Counted from the first letter of the whole stretch, positions 1 through 55,577 are shown. The stretch is 62,511 bases of DNA, filler included, from Chiloscyllium plagiosum (GCF_004010195.1; 4 parts of one record of this genome joined end to end with filler, not necessarily neighbours in it), one strand, 5' to 3'. Translations and numbers: made by a program. Notes: a model not told the origin generated them from the letters alone.

Positions 1-1286
1 AAATATGAATCCTTCTCCCATACACCAGCTCCTCAGCCATGCATTCATCTGCTCTATCCTCCTATTCCTACCCTCACTAGCTCGTAGCACTGGGAGTAAT
101 CCAGATATTACTACCCTTGAGGACCTCCTTTTTAAATTTCAGCCTAACTCTCTGTAATCTCCCTTCAGAATCTCAACCTTTTCCCTTCCTATGTCATTGG
201 TTCCAATGTGGACAATGATCTCTTGCTAACCCCTCTCCCCCGTGCACCCTCTCTGAGACATCCTTGATCCTGGCACCAGGGAAACAACACACCATTCTGC
301 TTTTTCTCTGCTGGCCACAAAAACATCTGTCTGTCCCTCGGACTACAGAATCCCCTCACACAATTGATCTTTTGGAAGCCGTCGTATCCCTCGTTGCATT
401 AGAGCCAGTCTCAATACCAGAAGCTTGGCTGTTCGTGCTACCTTCTCCTGAGAATCCATCACCCCTACATTTTCCAAAACAGCATACCTGTTTGAAATGG
501 GTATATCCACAAAAGACTCCTGCACTAGCTGCCTACCTCTTTTACCCTTCCTGGAGTTAACCCATCTATGTGACTGCATCTGAGATTTTCCCCCTTTCCT
601 ATAGCTGCCATCCATCACATACAATTGCTGTTGCAAATTCCTCATGGCTTCTATCTGTCTCTCCAACCGATCCACTCAATCTGATAAGATTCGCATCCAA
701 CAGCATTTATGGCAGATATAATCCACAGTAACCCTTAAACTCTTTAAACTCCAACATCTGACAAGACATACATATCACTGCAAAAGCCATTTTTGCTCCC
801 TCACAATCTACAGACCCAGAAAATATTATTCCTCTACAAAATCAGGTTAAATTAATAGCTATGGCTTATATTTTAAGTTTAATCAAGAGACTTATCTCCA
901 AAAACATATAATCCAGAAAGAACCCACTGTCCTCATTAATACAGCCTCTCTCTTGGACAGACTTAAAACAGCAATTAACTTATCTGATTCTGTGTTGTGA
1001 ACTTCACCCAAAACGGTTCCCCCAAGACTAGTTGTGAAATTCACTGTTTGTTAATTTTCCCAGATGCACTCCGATATCCAGCGACACATGAATTCAAAAA
1101 CAGCAAAGGCGGTAACTGTGCAGTTTTTCTCTCTCTCTCTGTCTCTCTCTCTCTCCTGCACTGTCCTCACCATGTGCTTCCTTTGTCTGTTCTTCTCCCT
1201 TTTAAAACTGCTGTTGCTTTGACTTTTTATTCCAAAGTTCCAAAACAATGCAACAGCATATAAAACAGTAATTGCTGCTCCTGGAA
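1..1286 (-). mobile_element. CR1 LINE 5' UTR and ORF1 (zinc finger/esterase), cut by the window edge
   Basis: Reverse complement aligns along its length with the CR1 5' region at 46447-48270; encodes DRLERQIEAMRNLQQQ and PISNRYAVL. Confidence 0.85.
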
Positions 1287-1289
1287 AGT

Positions 1290-1680
1290 GTTGGTTGAGT
1301 GCTATATTGTACCACATAAAATGCATCAGGGTAGCAGAATAGAGTGCAAAGTACAGGGTTAAAGCCACAGAGAAGGCATAGAAAGAGAGAGAGAGAGAGA
1401 GAGAGGGAGAGATCAGAATTAACATTTGAGAGATCCATTCAGGAGTCTGATAACAGCAGGGAGAAAGCTGTTCTTGAATCTATGCATACGTATATTCAAA
1501 CTTTTATATCTTCTGCCTGGCGGAAGAGATGGAAGAGAGTCTGTTGATTGCTTTCCTGAGGCAGTAGGAAGTATAGATCAAGTCAATGGATGGAAGGCTG
1601 GTTTGCTTGATGGACTTGGCTGTGTTCACAACTCTCTGTAGATTCTTGCGGTCTGAGGAAGAGCAGTTGCCATTCTACGC
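1290..1680 (-). mobile_element. Rex1/Babar-type LINE 3' fragment
   Basis: Minus strand reads RFKNS F(L)PAVIRLLN, a typical Rex1-clade RT C-terminus; same family as 53490-53817. Confidence 0.55.
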
Positions 1681-2269
1681 AGATGATTTGGAATAGAAGA
1701 TAGACCGATAATTGCCTGGGTTAGATTTGCCCTGTGTTTTGGAGCAGGACAAATCTGTAAAATTTTCCTCACAGCTGAGAAGATGCCAGTGTACTGTACT
1801 GGAACCAGCTGGCAGGGGCTCTAGAGATTGTCAGGGCCTTTGCAGTACCCATGTCTTCAGGCAGTTCTTGATGGCTTACAGAATGAATCAAATCAATTGA
1901 AGACAATCATGTGTGTTGACAGGGATCTCAGAAGCATCTACTTGGCACTTCTGTCTGAAGATGGATCCAATGCATCACCTTTTCAGTTGTAACGATGTGT
2001 TGGGCTCCCTCATGATTGAAGACTGGTCACTTATAGAAATTCATCCTCAACTGTTTAATTATCCACCACCATTCATAGTGGGTGTGACAGGACTACAGAG
2101 TTTAGATCTGATCTGCAGATTGTGGAATCATTTAACCCTGTCCATTGCATGCTATTTCTAACATATGAAATTGTCATTCTATGTAATAGGATTCACCCAG
2201 ATTCACACCACATTTTTCAGAGATAACCGCAAGTTATCTCTTGAATGTGGCTTGACAGAAATTCTGGGA

Positions 2270-2505
2270 TTTACGTATTAATGAATCAAAACCTGCAGTC
2301 TAAAAGATGAAAGTCTTAACAGCAATCTAGGTTTGTTCAATATACTGTATCAGTTGCATGACACACAATGATCTTATGCTATAAATTCTGTATCTTATGA
2401 TCCTGCCCCACGAGCTACCTGACGAAGGAACAGCGCTCCAAAAGCTAGTCCTTCCAAATAAACCTGTTGGACGATAACCTGGTGTTGTGTGGTTATTAAC
2501 TTTGT
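2270..2505 (+). mobile_element. Penelope-like element terminal fragment (family B) with decayed hammerhead
   Basis: cctgacgaaggaacagcgctccaaaagctagt...aaacctgttggacgataacctggtgttgtgtg matches the reverse complement of 16060-16260. Confidence 0.6.
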
Positions 2506-3685
2506 TGCTGCTCCAGCATTGCAAAGACGGAGAGAAATTTCTTCTGAGGATAATATGTCTCCATGCTTTGGCGCCATTTTGACCCTCAGAAGATATTAAG
2601 ATATAAGGCTGAAATTAGGATGAAAGACATAAATATAAGTAAAAACAGAGTTCAACTTCCTCCTTTCTTGTGTTCCGTTGGGAGGGGTCTCCAAAATAGG
2701 CTCTGAAATCAACAACGCCCCACACCACAGTCCATTCCAGGAGTGCCAAATTTGCCAAACCACATCGCTGCAGCTGAAGCCCAACACCTCCAATTCTGAT
2801 GTCAACTGAAGATACTGCCTTCTCCTCCAACTTCGGCATGATGCCCATTTTGACACCACCACTTTGCCGCTGCCAATGCTGGATCCAGCCAACATTCAAG
2901 TCACTGTTATCAGGCGCCATCTTTCACCGGTGAGCCCATCTCGCTAACGTCACCTCCACCAGGTCCCATGTTTTCCCTTCTGCGAACTCCTCTGCTGCCA
3001 TTGTACCACAATCTTCCACAAGTCTCTTCACAGGAGATAAGTACAAGATGGGGAAAAAAAAGGCCAAAAAATGAAACTAAATAAAAAAGCAGACAAGCCC
3101 AGACTCAGAGGCCCTACTCTGCCTCCATCTTGGGAGTTACTCACACTCCATTTTGTGCCTTGTGTCATCTGTAAATTTAGCCACCATGTTTCTGATTCCT
3201 AAATCCAGACCATTTAGATTGTTTTTCCACTTTGAGAGCCACTAGTAAAATTTAGAACTGGCAATTTTGTGTGCCACCAGCCTGTTGGTTCAAGCTGCAT
3301 ATCCATTGTAGATTATTTCCACAGAATTACAATTTACAGTAAATCCTCTGTATCTACAAAATCACAAATTTGCCAAAAAATAAGTAACAAGAAAAATCAA
3401 CATTCGTGGGCAAAAATGGAGTAACCAAGATTTTTAACCTATTTTCAACACTATTTTTAATGAGCTCCTCACTCGCTAAATACATCATTCAGAGGGGTTT
3501 TCAAGAATGGAACCCTCACAGATATGAAGGAATGTCTATTTATTTCCCTAACTAGATTTTATTTTTTCCCCTACTGGAATCCTATCAAAGGTATTACTGG
3601 AAACAAGAAGCACCACCATCACTACCCCACCTACACCATTGTTTTTTTGTTTTTTTTGTTTCTTTTTTTGTTTTTTTTTTATTTT

Positions 3686-4083
3686 GTAAGGTTTGTAGCT
3701 CAGGTTGAGATTTAGGGTGTAGGTTTGCTCACTGCGCTGTAGGTTTGATTTCCAGACATTTCATTACCTGGCTAGGTAACATTAATATCATCAGTGGCGA
3801 CCTCCAAGTGAAGCGAAGCTGTTGTCTACTGCTTTCTATTTATATCTTTCTCCTGGATGGGGTTCCTGGGGTTTGTGGTGATGTCATTTCCTCTTCCTTT
3901 TTTGAAAACGAACAGGAAATGACATCACCACAAACCCCAGGAACCCCATCCAGGAGAAAGATATAAATAGAAAGCAGGAGACAACAGCTTCGCTTCACTT
4001 GGAGGTCGTCACTGATGATGTTACCTGGCCAGGTAACGAAACGTCTGGATATCAAACCTACAGCTCAGCAAGCAAACGTACAC
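3686..4083. mobile_element. Fold-back (palindromic) PLE-type insertion, family C, about 190-bp arms
   Basis: About 3713-3891 is the reverse complement of about 3914-4087; flanked by cctacaccatt at 3630-3640 and 4084-4094; carries a hammerhead core. Confidence 0.75.
4009..4048 (+). ncRNA. Minimal type I hammerhead ribozyme motif (family C)
   Basis: tca-CTGATGA-t-GTTACCT ggcc AGGTAAC-GAAAC-GTC-tgg: intact core, perfect stem II, GUC cleavage triplet, short stem I. Confidence 0.7.
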
Positions 4084-4444
4084 CCTACACCATTTTTTTT
4101 TTATCATACAGTCAGCAATTGGTAGTGTTACTGACAGGTCTCCAAAGGAATATTCAATTATCTCTCAACTAGGGATCAGTACCTTTGTGTGCAAAGGGGC
4201 TTAAAAAATGTTGGTCATTAAGAAACCAAAAAAAGTTATAAATGAGTAATTATACTACTTTCTCCCTTGTCACTTTCTAATCATGGATTTCAAGAATTTT
4301 ATTGTCTAACTAATCATCAGTTTTAATTTAGAGAATAAAGGGGAATTTTTAAGAGCAGGCAACTTTTCTTAACTGTTTTAAATTGAATCTTTATTAATTA
4401 ACAAAACACAAATACAAGGTGCTCAACAATATAAATATACTCAC

Positions 4445-46169
<41,725 letters not shown>

Positions 46170-47095
46170 CTGAAACAGAAGAATGCTTGTTTGTTAGTGG
46201 AAATCTGCATTCAAAAGAACAGAATTGTCAATGACAAATACTATGTAACGTCCCAAATGACTAAAATGAAAAACTCCCAGATTAAAATATATAAATGTAT
46301 ACATGGTGATGAGAATTGAATGTAATATTTAATTGACGTTGAACGGGATTCTGGGTAATCCAAGATGAAGAACAGGAAAAATTTCTGGCTATAAGAGCTG
46401 TTCCTTTTTTTGAGGTATTTTAGGTGTTGGAATTGATTTCCTCGAATTCCAGGAGCAGCAATGACTGTTTTATATGCTGTTGCATTGTTTTGGAACTTTG
46501 GAAAAAAAAAGTCAAAACAACAGCAGTTTTCAAAGGGAGAAGAGCAGACAAAGGAAGCGCATGGTGAGGACAGTGCAGGAGAGTGACAGAGAGAGAGAGA
46601 GAGAGAGAGAGAACCTGCACAGTTACCGCCTTTGCTGTTTGAATTTGTGTATCGCTGGACATCAGAGTGCATCTGGGAAAATTAACAAACAGTGAAATTC
46701 ACAAGTAATCTTGGAGGAACTGTTGGGTGAAGTTCACAACACAGAATCAGATAAGTTAATTGTTGTTTTAAGTCTGTCCAAGAGAAAGGCTGTATTAGTG
46801 AGTACAGTGGGTTCTTTCTTGATTATATGTTTTTGGAGATAAGTCTCTTGATTAAACTTAAAATATAAGCCATAGCTATTAATTTAACCTGGGGCAGTGT
46901 TCGTGGAGGAATAAGATGGTGTTATTTTCTGGGTCTGTAGATTGTGAAGGAGCAAAAATGGCCTTTGCAGTGATATGTATGTCTTGTCAGAAGTGGGAGT
47001 TTAAACAGTGTTTAAGGGTTACTGCGGAATATATCTGCCATAAATGCTGTTGGATGCGAATCATATCAGATCGAGTGGATCGGTTGGAGAGACAG

Positions 47096-47416
47096 ATTAG
47101 ATTAGATTAGATTACATTACAGTGTGGAAACAGGCCCTTCGGCCCAACAAGTCCACACCGACCCGCCGGAGCGCAACCCACACATACCCCTACATTTACT
47201 CCTTTAACCTAACACTACGGGCAATTTAGCATGGCCAATTCACCTAACCTGCACATCTTTGGACTGTGGGAGGAAACCGGAGCACCCGGAGGAAACCCAC
47301 GCAGACACGGGGAGAACGTGCAAACTCCACACGGTCAGTCGCCTGAGGCAGGAGTTGAACCCGGGTCTCTGGCCCTGTGAGGCAGCAGTGCTAACCACTG
47401 TGCCACCGTGCCGCCC
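47096..47416 (-). mobile_element. Full-length HE1-type V-SINE
   Basis: Reverse complement begins gggcggcacggtggcacagtggttagcactgct and ends in a (taatc)n tail. Confidence 0.9.
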
Positions 47417-47570
47417 AAACAGAAGCCATGAGGAATTTGCAACAGCAATAGTATGTGATGGATGGCAGTTATAGGAAAGGGGGAAAGTATCAGAGACAGT
47501 CACATAGATGGGTTAACTCCAGGAAAGTTAAGAGAGGTAGGTAGCTAGTGCAGGAGTCTTTTGTGGATAT

Positions 47571-47796
47571 TCTAGGAGAAAGTGAGGACTGCAGATGCTG
47601 GAGATCAGAGCTGAAAATGTGTTGCTGGAAAAGTGTAGCAGGTCAGGCAGCATCCAAGGAGCAGGAGAATCGACGTTTTGGGCATGAGCCCTTCTTTTCC
47701 TCATTCCTGAAGAAGGGCTCATGCCCGAAACGTCAATTCTCCTACTCCTTGGAAGCTGCCTGACCTGCTGCGCTTTTCCAACAACACATTTTCAGC
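47571..47796. mobile_element. Fold-back PLE family A mini-insertion
   Basis: 14-bp TSD tcttttgtggatat (47557-47570 / 47797-47810); inverted arms meeting near the hammerhead (47705-47737). Confidence 0.85.
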
Positions 47797-49350
47797 TCTT
47801 TTGTGGATATACCCATTTCAAACAGGTATGCTGTTTTGGAAAATGTAGGGGTGATGGATTCTCAGGGGAACGTAGCACGAACAGTCAAGTTTCTGGTATT
47901 GATACTGGCTCTAATGCAATGAGGGGTACGTCGGCTTCCAAGAGATCAATTGTGTTAGGGGATTCTGTAGTCAGAGGTACAGACAGACGTTTCTGTGGCC
48001 AGCAGAGAAAAAGCAGAATGGTGTGTTGTTTCCCTGGTGCCAGGATCAAGGATGTACCAGAGAGGGTGCAGAATGTTCTCACAGGGGAGAGGGGCCAGCG
48101 GGAGGTCATTGTCCACATTGGAACCAATGATATAGGAAGGGAAAAGGTTGAGATTCTGAAGGGAGATTACAGAGAGTTAGGCTGAAATTTAAAAAGGAGG
48201 TCCTCAAAGTTAGTAATATCTGGATTACTCCCAGCGCTACGAGATAGTGAGGGCAGGAATAGGAGGATAGACGTGCAAACTCCACACAGTCAGTCGCCTG
48301 AGTCGGGAACTGAACCCGGGTCTCTGGTGCTGTGAGGCAGCAGTGCTAACCACTGTGCCACCGTGCCGCCCAAAGGGCGGGGAAATTTGGTAGAACTGCT
48401 TGGGAGGATTTAAACTAGTAAGGTGGGACCCAGGGAGTGAGGAAAGAGATCGATCTGAGATGGGTACAGCTGAGAACAGAAGTGAGTCAAACAGTCAGGG
48501 CAGGCAGGGACAAGGTAGGACTAATAAATTAACCTGTATTTCTTTCAATGCAAGGGGCCTAACAGGGAAGGCAGATGAACTCAGTGCATGGTTAGGAACA
48601 TGGGACTGGGATATCATAGCAATTACGGAAACATGGCTCAGGGATGCGCAGGACTGGCAACTTAATGTCCCAGGTTACAAAAGCTACAGGAAGGATAGAA
48701 AGGGAGGCAAGAGAGGACGGGGGTGGCATTTTTGATAAGGGGTAACTTATCAAACGTTGTGCTGAGGAAGGATATTCCCAGAAATACATCCAGGGAGGTT
48801 ATTTGGGTGGAACTGAGAAATAAGAAAGGGATGATCACCTTATTGGGATTGTATTATAGACCCCCTAATAGTCAGAGGGAAATTGAGAAACAAACTTGTA
48901 AGGAGATCTCAGCTATCTGTAAGAATAATAGGGTAGTTATGGTAGGGGATTTTAACTTTCCAAACATCGACTAGGACTGCCTTAGTGTTAAAGGTTTAGA
49001 TGGAGAGGAGTTTCTTAAGTGTGTACAAGACAATTTTCTGATTCAGTATGTGAATGTACCAACTAGAAAAGATACAGAACCTGACCTACTCTTGGGAAAT
49101 AAGGCAGGGCAGGTGACTGAGGTGTCAGTGGGAGAGCACTTTGGGGTCAGCGACCATAATTCTATTTGTTTTAAAATAGTGATGGAAAAGTATAGACTAG
49201 ATCTAAAAGTTGAAGTTCTAAATTGGAGAAAGGCCAATTTTGACGGTATTNNNNNNNNNNNNNNNNNNNNNNNNNNNNNNNNNNNNNNNNNNNNTTAATT
49301 AATTAANNNNNNNNNNNNNNNNNNNNNNNNNNNNNNNNNNNNNNNNNNNN

Positions 49351-50164
49351 CCATCAGGAAGTGGTCAGTACGTAGTGTCCTTGAGACCCTTCGGGAAAAG
49401 GAGAGGGCGGATCCTATCGAGCGGTTCTCTGAGCAGACTGTCAAAGCCATTTGGCAGAATGCCTCATCGCCAGAACTTTCCACAAGCACCAAGACATGGC
49501 TTGGCTGGTGGTGAGAAGGGCTCTGCCTGTGAGATCCTTTATGCACGCCCGGACTCTCAGCCGCACCGCACACTGCCCTCGAAGTGGCTGCGAGGGGGTC
49601 GAGACTGTCACACACCTCCTTCTGGAATGTGCCTATGCAGAGGAAGTCTGGAGAGGAATGCAGTGGTGTTTGTCGAGGTTCGTCCCGAGCAGCGCCATGA
49701 CGTGGGACTCCGTGCTCTACGGCCTGTTCCCTGGGACGCACACCGAGACGAACATCAACTGTGCCTGGAGGATCATCAACTCGGTGAAGGACGCTCTCTG
49801 GGTGGTCCGAAACCTGTTGGTCTTCCAGCTGAAGGAGTTGACCCCGACTGAGTGTTGCAGACTGGCACATTCCATGGTCCAGGACTACGTGTTGAGGGAC
49901 GCACGGAAGCTTGGGGCAGCTGCCGCCAAGGCGCGGTGGGGAAGGACCACCGTCTAACATCTGCCTGCCTAAGAAGAACAGGGGGCCCACGCAGTCATTT
50001 GGGCTCCGCTGGCGTCTGAGCTCAATGTAATCGCACCAACCTGTGAATATGAATGATTACCCTGTTTCGATACGTAAAGAAATGGAATGTTTACAGAATG
50101 ATGACATGTCCAATTGTATAGATTAAATATATATCAATAAAGTATATTTTTGAAATAAAAAAAA
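49351..50164 (+). mobile_element. Tx1/L1-clade LINE 3' end (zf-RVT) with poly(A) tail
   Basis: 168-aa ORF with CPRSGCEGVETVTHLLLEC; AATAAA and an A-tail at about 50136-50164; CpG-rich, so probably young. Confidence 0.88.
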
Positions 50165-51450
50165 TTGTCCCAGCCTCCACCACTTCCTCTGGCAGCTCAT
50201 TCCATACATGTACCACCCTCTGCATGTGCCACCCTCTGCATGAAAAAGTTACCCCTCAGGACCATTTTAAATCTTCCCCTCTCACCCTAAACCTATGCTC
50301 TCCAGCTTTGGACTCCCTCACCCGAGGAAAAAGATCCAGGCTATTCATTCTTTCCATGCCCTTCATGATTTTATTAACCGGAGAGTTACCCCTCAGCCTC
50401 TGACGCTCCAGGGAGAAAAGCCCCAGCCTATTCAGCCTCTCCCTATAGTCAAAACCTCCAGTCCCAGCAACATCCTTGTACATCTTTTCTGAATTCTCTT
50501 AACTTTAACAATATCCTTCCTATAGAAGGGTGACCAGAATTGTACACAGTATTCCAAAAGTGGCCTCACTAATGACTTATACAGCCACAACATGACATCC
50601 CAACTCCTAGACTCTACGTCATGAACAATCATGGAGAAATGGGAGTGAGGTTGGAATGGGTGAAGGTGGACCTCCCCCCCCAGCCTCACCCACTCCTACT
50701 TAACTTTCTGCCCCCGGCCCATAAGCCCCATTCCTGATGAAGGGCTTATGCCTGAAATGTCAATTCTCCTGCTCCTCAGATGCTGCCTAACCTGCTTTTC
50801 CAGCACCACACTCTCGACTTATGACCAATGAAGGTAAGTGTGCTAAATGCCTTCTTCACCACCCTATCTACGACTCGACTTTCAAGGAACTGTGAATCTC
50901 CACACCAAGGTCTCTTGGTTCACAAAATCTCCCAAGAGCCCGACCATTATGTGCATAAGTCTTTCCCTGGTTTGCCTTACTAAAATGCAACACCTTACAT
51001 TTAACTAAATTAAACTCCATCTGCCACTCCTCAGTCCACTGGCCCATTTTATCAAGGTGCCGTTATACTCGGTGATAATTTTCTTCACTGTCCACTACAG
51101 AACTTATCTTGCTGTCATCTGCAAACTTACTAACCGTATCTCCTATATTCACATCCAATTCATTTATATAAATGATGAATAGTAGTGGATCAAGCATGAA
51201 TCTTTGTGGCACACCACTGGTCACAGGCCTCCAGTCCAAAAAACAACCCTCCACCACCATTCTCTATACATCTTAAAGCCAATTATTTTGTATCCAATTG
51301 ACTAGCTTTCCCTGGATCCCATGTGATCTAACCTTACCAACTAGTCTACCATGCAAAACCTTGTCAAACGCTTTGCTGAAGTCCATATGGACAACATCTA
51401 CCACTCTGCCTTATCAGTCTTCTTTGTCACCTCTCCAAAAAACTCAAAGC
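50165..51450 (-). mobile_element. CR1 RT/3' fragment with a nested PLE terminal fragment (about 50670-50815)
   Basis: MDFSKAFD, SGVPQ, KFADDSK, LEYCVQFWSP; decayed hammerhead cctgatgaagggcttatgcctgaaatgtc. Confidence 0.85.
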
Positions 51451-52087
51451 AAGTGCATCATGCTACCTCAAAACAGGTCATTCAGCATTTGTTTGTACAA
51501 CCATATTGATATACTTCAGCACTTGCAGATTTGTGATATATATATGATCATGCCACAAAATGGTTTGGTGTTTTTGTTTGGATACAGTATAGTTCATTTA
51601 TCTAAGCACAAAGGGAACATGACTGCCTGTATGATGTTCAGCAAATAAACCCATCAAATAACCTGTAAAGATTGTTTTTTTGATTTGCTTGAACGTCATT
51701 GCAGCTAATCAGCTTGCCAGTGAAGCCTTCCATGCATCCAGTTTATTACAGTTGAAGGAAGGAGATTACCTTTAAGTTTCTGCTCCAAAAGGATTGAGAA
51801 TACAACATTTGTTTTATTGATTTCTACAGACCATTGTGAGAGCATATTTATCTTATCTCCAGTGACTACTTAATATTTTTGGAGGAACACTGCAGGGATT
51901 TGTGGCAAAGGTAATTACCAAGGTGAACTTTTAAAATGATATGAAAAAAATATATACTTTTTTCCTTCAGCCTTTCACAAGGTGAGGACACCCTGAAGCA
52001 TTTATTAGCCATTTACATTTTTTTTGATGCATAATAACTTATGTAATCAAGGGAAACAGCCAATGCTGGTTTAGGAGTAAATATGGC

Positions 52088-52271
52088 GAAACTGAGGACT
52101 GCAGATGCTGGAAACCAGAGTCTAGATTAGAGAGGTGCTGGAAAAGCACAGCAGGTCAGGCAGCATTCGAGGGGCAGAAAATCGACGTTTCAGACAAAAA
52201 CGTCGATTTTCCTGCTCCTCAGATGCTGCTTGACCTGCTGTGCTTTGCCAGCACCACTTTAATCTAGACTA
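52088..52271. mobile_element. Fold-back PLE family A mini-insertion
   Basis: 15-bp TSD aggagtaaatatggc (52073-52087 / 52272-52286); about 70-bp inverted arms. Confidence 0.85.
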
Positions 52272-53489
52272 AGGAGTAAATATGGCCCAGTACAATAGGA
52301 GAATTTCCATCCTCATCTTCCCCAATATTATCATACTCCATTGACTAGTCTAAAAAATAAGATCCCTGTAACTATAGGATTTCCATCTGCCTTTGTCTAT
52401 TTCATTATTCGTTTGTACGGACTTACTGGTACTAATTCTGTGCAATTAATTATCAAACATTCGGCTGGCAGCTACTGGGTAGCTGATACTGTCAATCAGA
52501 CATTAGGTTAGGAGGTCCCTGGAAATATTTACATTAGTGTTTTCATGATGTCTACCACAGGACAAAGTCTTCGATCACTGCTGCACTCCATTCTAATAAT
52601 TCTATTATACTGAAATGGATGTACACAGTACTCCATTGGAGAATGTGTTAAACGAATGCAATTAAGCCTGGTGAACAGCTAGCTCTGTCTCCCAAAGGTG
52701 ATCCATCAAGAAACTGCTTAATTGCCCTGATGTTGCATGGCACCCATTGGCATCGGAATTTTTCTTTTTATATACTCTGCTTGTATCAGTTTGGTAGATC
52801 AGACTGTGTACTCAAGTTACCTGACATCAGATAATGTGTTACTTGAGCAGTGGAGGCACACCCTACATCTCAAGATCGCCCATTTCACAACTTGTGTTAA
52901 GAGTTTTCTCTTTCCTTTATGGATGAGGTCCATTTAGATAGTGTTATTTTTTACCTCATTTACTTTAGACAAATAGTATTGTAAAAGAAAGATCTACTTT
53001 AATATTCAAATAGTCTAAATTTTCATGCTCATTTTTCATAAGCTACTTACTATTATTTCTCAAATTCATACCGTACACCATCTCTGTGGGACGTAGTCAT
53101 GTTGAAAATATAGCTGTTCAAACCATCCATATTGCATAATTAGGCCATATATTATCTAGATTTACACTGATGGAAATCATAAGTAAATTACCAAAATTGT
53201 GCTGTCTAGTCATTTTAGTCTACTTTCACTAATCCATCTTAATTTGTGTTGTATTGATTACTACAACATCTATTTTGTGCTGTTAAATATTCATAAGTGC
53301 TAAATAGTACCTATCTAAAATATTTCACTAATGAAGTGGGTCATTTTTCTTGGATGATTCATTGCTTTATAATGGAGGCAAATAAAATTTTAAGCCCCTG
53401 ACAGGTTACATTTTCAGTAATTTGAAACATTCATAAACCACAATTAAGAACTTTGATGATTATCAAACAAAGAATGGCAGTGTAAATGC

Positions 53490-53817
53490 CTTGCAGCAAA
53501 CATCAAACACCCCTCCCATCCCAGTTCTATTCTCTCCCTCTCTTCCACCTTCTTGGAAGGACAGAAGATACAAAGTTTGAAAACAATTATCAATAGATTC
53601 AAGACCAGCTCCTTCCCAGCTGACATCAGACTTATGAATGGACCTCTCATATACTAGAGTCGATTTTTCTCTGCACCTTCCCTGTAGCTGTCACCCCACA
53701 TTCTGCATTCTGTTCTATTATGCTGATGTACTTATACAAGGTATGATGTGTCTGGATTGAATGCAAAACAATACTTTTCACTGTATCTTGGTACGTGACA
53801 ATAATAAATCAAATCAC
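53490..53817 (+). mobile_element. Rex1/Babar-type LINE 3' end
   Basis: RFKTSSFPADIRLMN; tail ending caataataaatcaaatca. Confidence 0.55.
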
Positions 53818-55122
53818 AATGTCAAATAATTTCTTCACAAGTTGATTTTCTGTTCCTGTTTAGGACATATTTAGAAAACATCTGCTTTTAATTTTGTAAG
53901 AAACAACTAATTTCTATATTTGAATGTGCAACAAGGAGCAAGACAGCTTCTCTCCGCAGGCAACTTTGTTAGTTAAAGGCTAAAACAGTGTGCTTTCTAA
54001 TCTCCGTGGCACTTACTGTCTTTAAAGAAACATGGATAGGCAGTGGGATTGTTTTGACTTATCATTTTAAGAATGCATTACATACAAAATTTTATCTTGT
54101 TAGGACTCAACTGGGGTTTATTAATGCAACTGCAAAGTTCATTAAATTGCCATTATCATAATTTATCTTCTCCCTTCTCCCCTCTGCAGAGTCTTCTGAT
54201 ACTTTTATTGAATAATTCCATCTTCATTAGAAACCAGAGATCCTTTGATAGCTTCCAATTTTGTTTCGTTGCCCACCTGAGCTTTTAAAGACATCAGAAA
54301 AGAATCCTTTAGCTTCACATCAGAGTTGATGCAGCTCTGCCAGAAAATAGTTTTACATTAATTTGAACATCTTGAAATTGTAAAATGGGGTCTTTTAAAG
54401 AAATTGCCCTTAAAAAATAGATGGGTGCAAGAACAGAAAGATCTGTATGTTCAGATACATAAACTGTTGAAGGTGGTTGCGAATTCTGCAGCAGGTAACT
54501 TGCCTCCTGACTCCGAGAATCCATCCAAACTTTACAAGTGTACAAAACCATTCTTTGAGGAGAAAGTGAGGTCTGCAGATGCTGGAGATCAGAGCTGGAA
54601 ATGTGTTGCTGGAAAAGCGCAGGTCAGGCAGCATCCAGGTGTGGTGAAAGGGTTAAAATTGTGTCCCAATACATGTGTGAATCTAACCGAAAATGGAAGG
54701 TGTCGCTTAGTCCCGTGTGAATCTTGTTATACACCTTCCCGTGTGAATCTTCTTATCTGTATGTAACCAGAATGGAATGTGTTTTTTAGCCTTGCTCTGC
54801 TGTTCACATGAATGTTTATATCTGGAAAAGGGTATATCAGCTGGAAAAGTCTCCAGTTCGGTAGAGTCTGCTCCGGGGTTACGTTTAACCGCCGAGCGTG
54901 GGTTGTTGGCAACCGCTCTACGAGAACTGACGGCTCCCAGTTTTGGTAACACGTAGAGTGAGTATAAACCAGACCCGGTGTAAGTACGAGACCTGGTTGT
55001 GGCGACGCTGCGGGGAATAAAACACTTATATTCTAGCAGACTCGCCTCTTGGCTGTTTGTCCTGTGTCAGACTACTTTCCTGCGAGCCTGGTCCTTGACC
55101 ATGAGAATTTTTAAAAACATTT

Positions 55123-55140
55123 TGGCGCAGCGAGCAGGGT
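55123..55140 (+). promoter_or_regulatory. Primer-binding site complementary to the tRNA-Ser(UGA) 3' end
   Basis: TGGCGCAGCGAGCAGGGT is the 18-nt complement of ...ACCCTGCTCGCTGCG-CCA, the vertebrate tRNA-Ser(TGA) 3' end as recalled. Confidence 0.8.
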
Positions 55141-55361
55141 CAATCGCAATTGAGGAGAGATTTTGATACAGAACAATGTTTTGGAAAAAGGCAAAGAAAC
55201 CAGAGGAACAAACTGTGGAGGTCCCGACCGTCCCGGGATGGCATGGATGTGGGCATGTACGTGGCAGTTTGTTTGAGAAAGGATCCCAGTCCTGCCGAAG
55301 AACCCCTTGCCTGGGGTACAGCGGAGGATGTGGGCATGTCCAAAAAACTGAAGCGGAGTTA

Positions 55362-55575
55362 ACAGAATTGAATGGGATTGAACTGAACTGAACTGAGTGG
55401 AACTGAAGTGAATCAAATTGAACGGAACAAAATGGAACTGAGCTAAATTGAATTGAAATGGACGGAACTGAATTGAACACAATTGAATTGAACTGAACAG
55501 ACCTGAACTGAGCTGAATTGAACTACACTGAATTGACTGAACTGAAATTAACTGAAACGAATTGAACTGAATTAA
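55362..55575. repeat. Degenerate pentamer microsatellite (AACTG/AATTG)n
   Basis: About 40 imperfect aactg/aattg units. Confidence 0.9.
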
Positions 55576-55577
55576 GC

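Larger units (their letters stand above)
46330..49250 (+). mobile_element. CR1 LINE 5' half: 5' UTR, ORF1 (zinc finger, leucine zipper, GDSL esterase) and ORF2 APE domain; three nested insertions
   Basis: MAFAVICMSCQKW...ICHKC, SIVLGDSVVRG, VIVHIGTND, FNARGL...IAITETW, VGDFNFPNID; interrupted by an HE1 SINE, a PLE palindrome and an HE1 fragment (48270-48372). Confidence 0.92.

Noticed and set aside
3500..3530. Plus-strand FKNGTL resembling XYLB FKNGSL of a downstream exon
   Set aside because: Wrong strand, no splice context and no extension of similarity; treated as chance.
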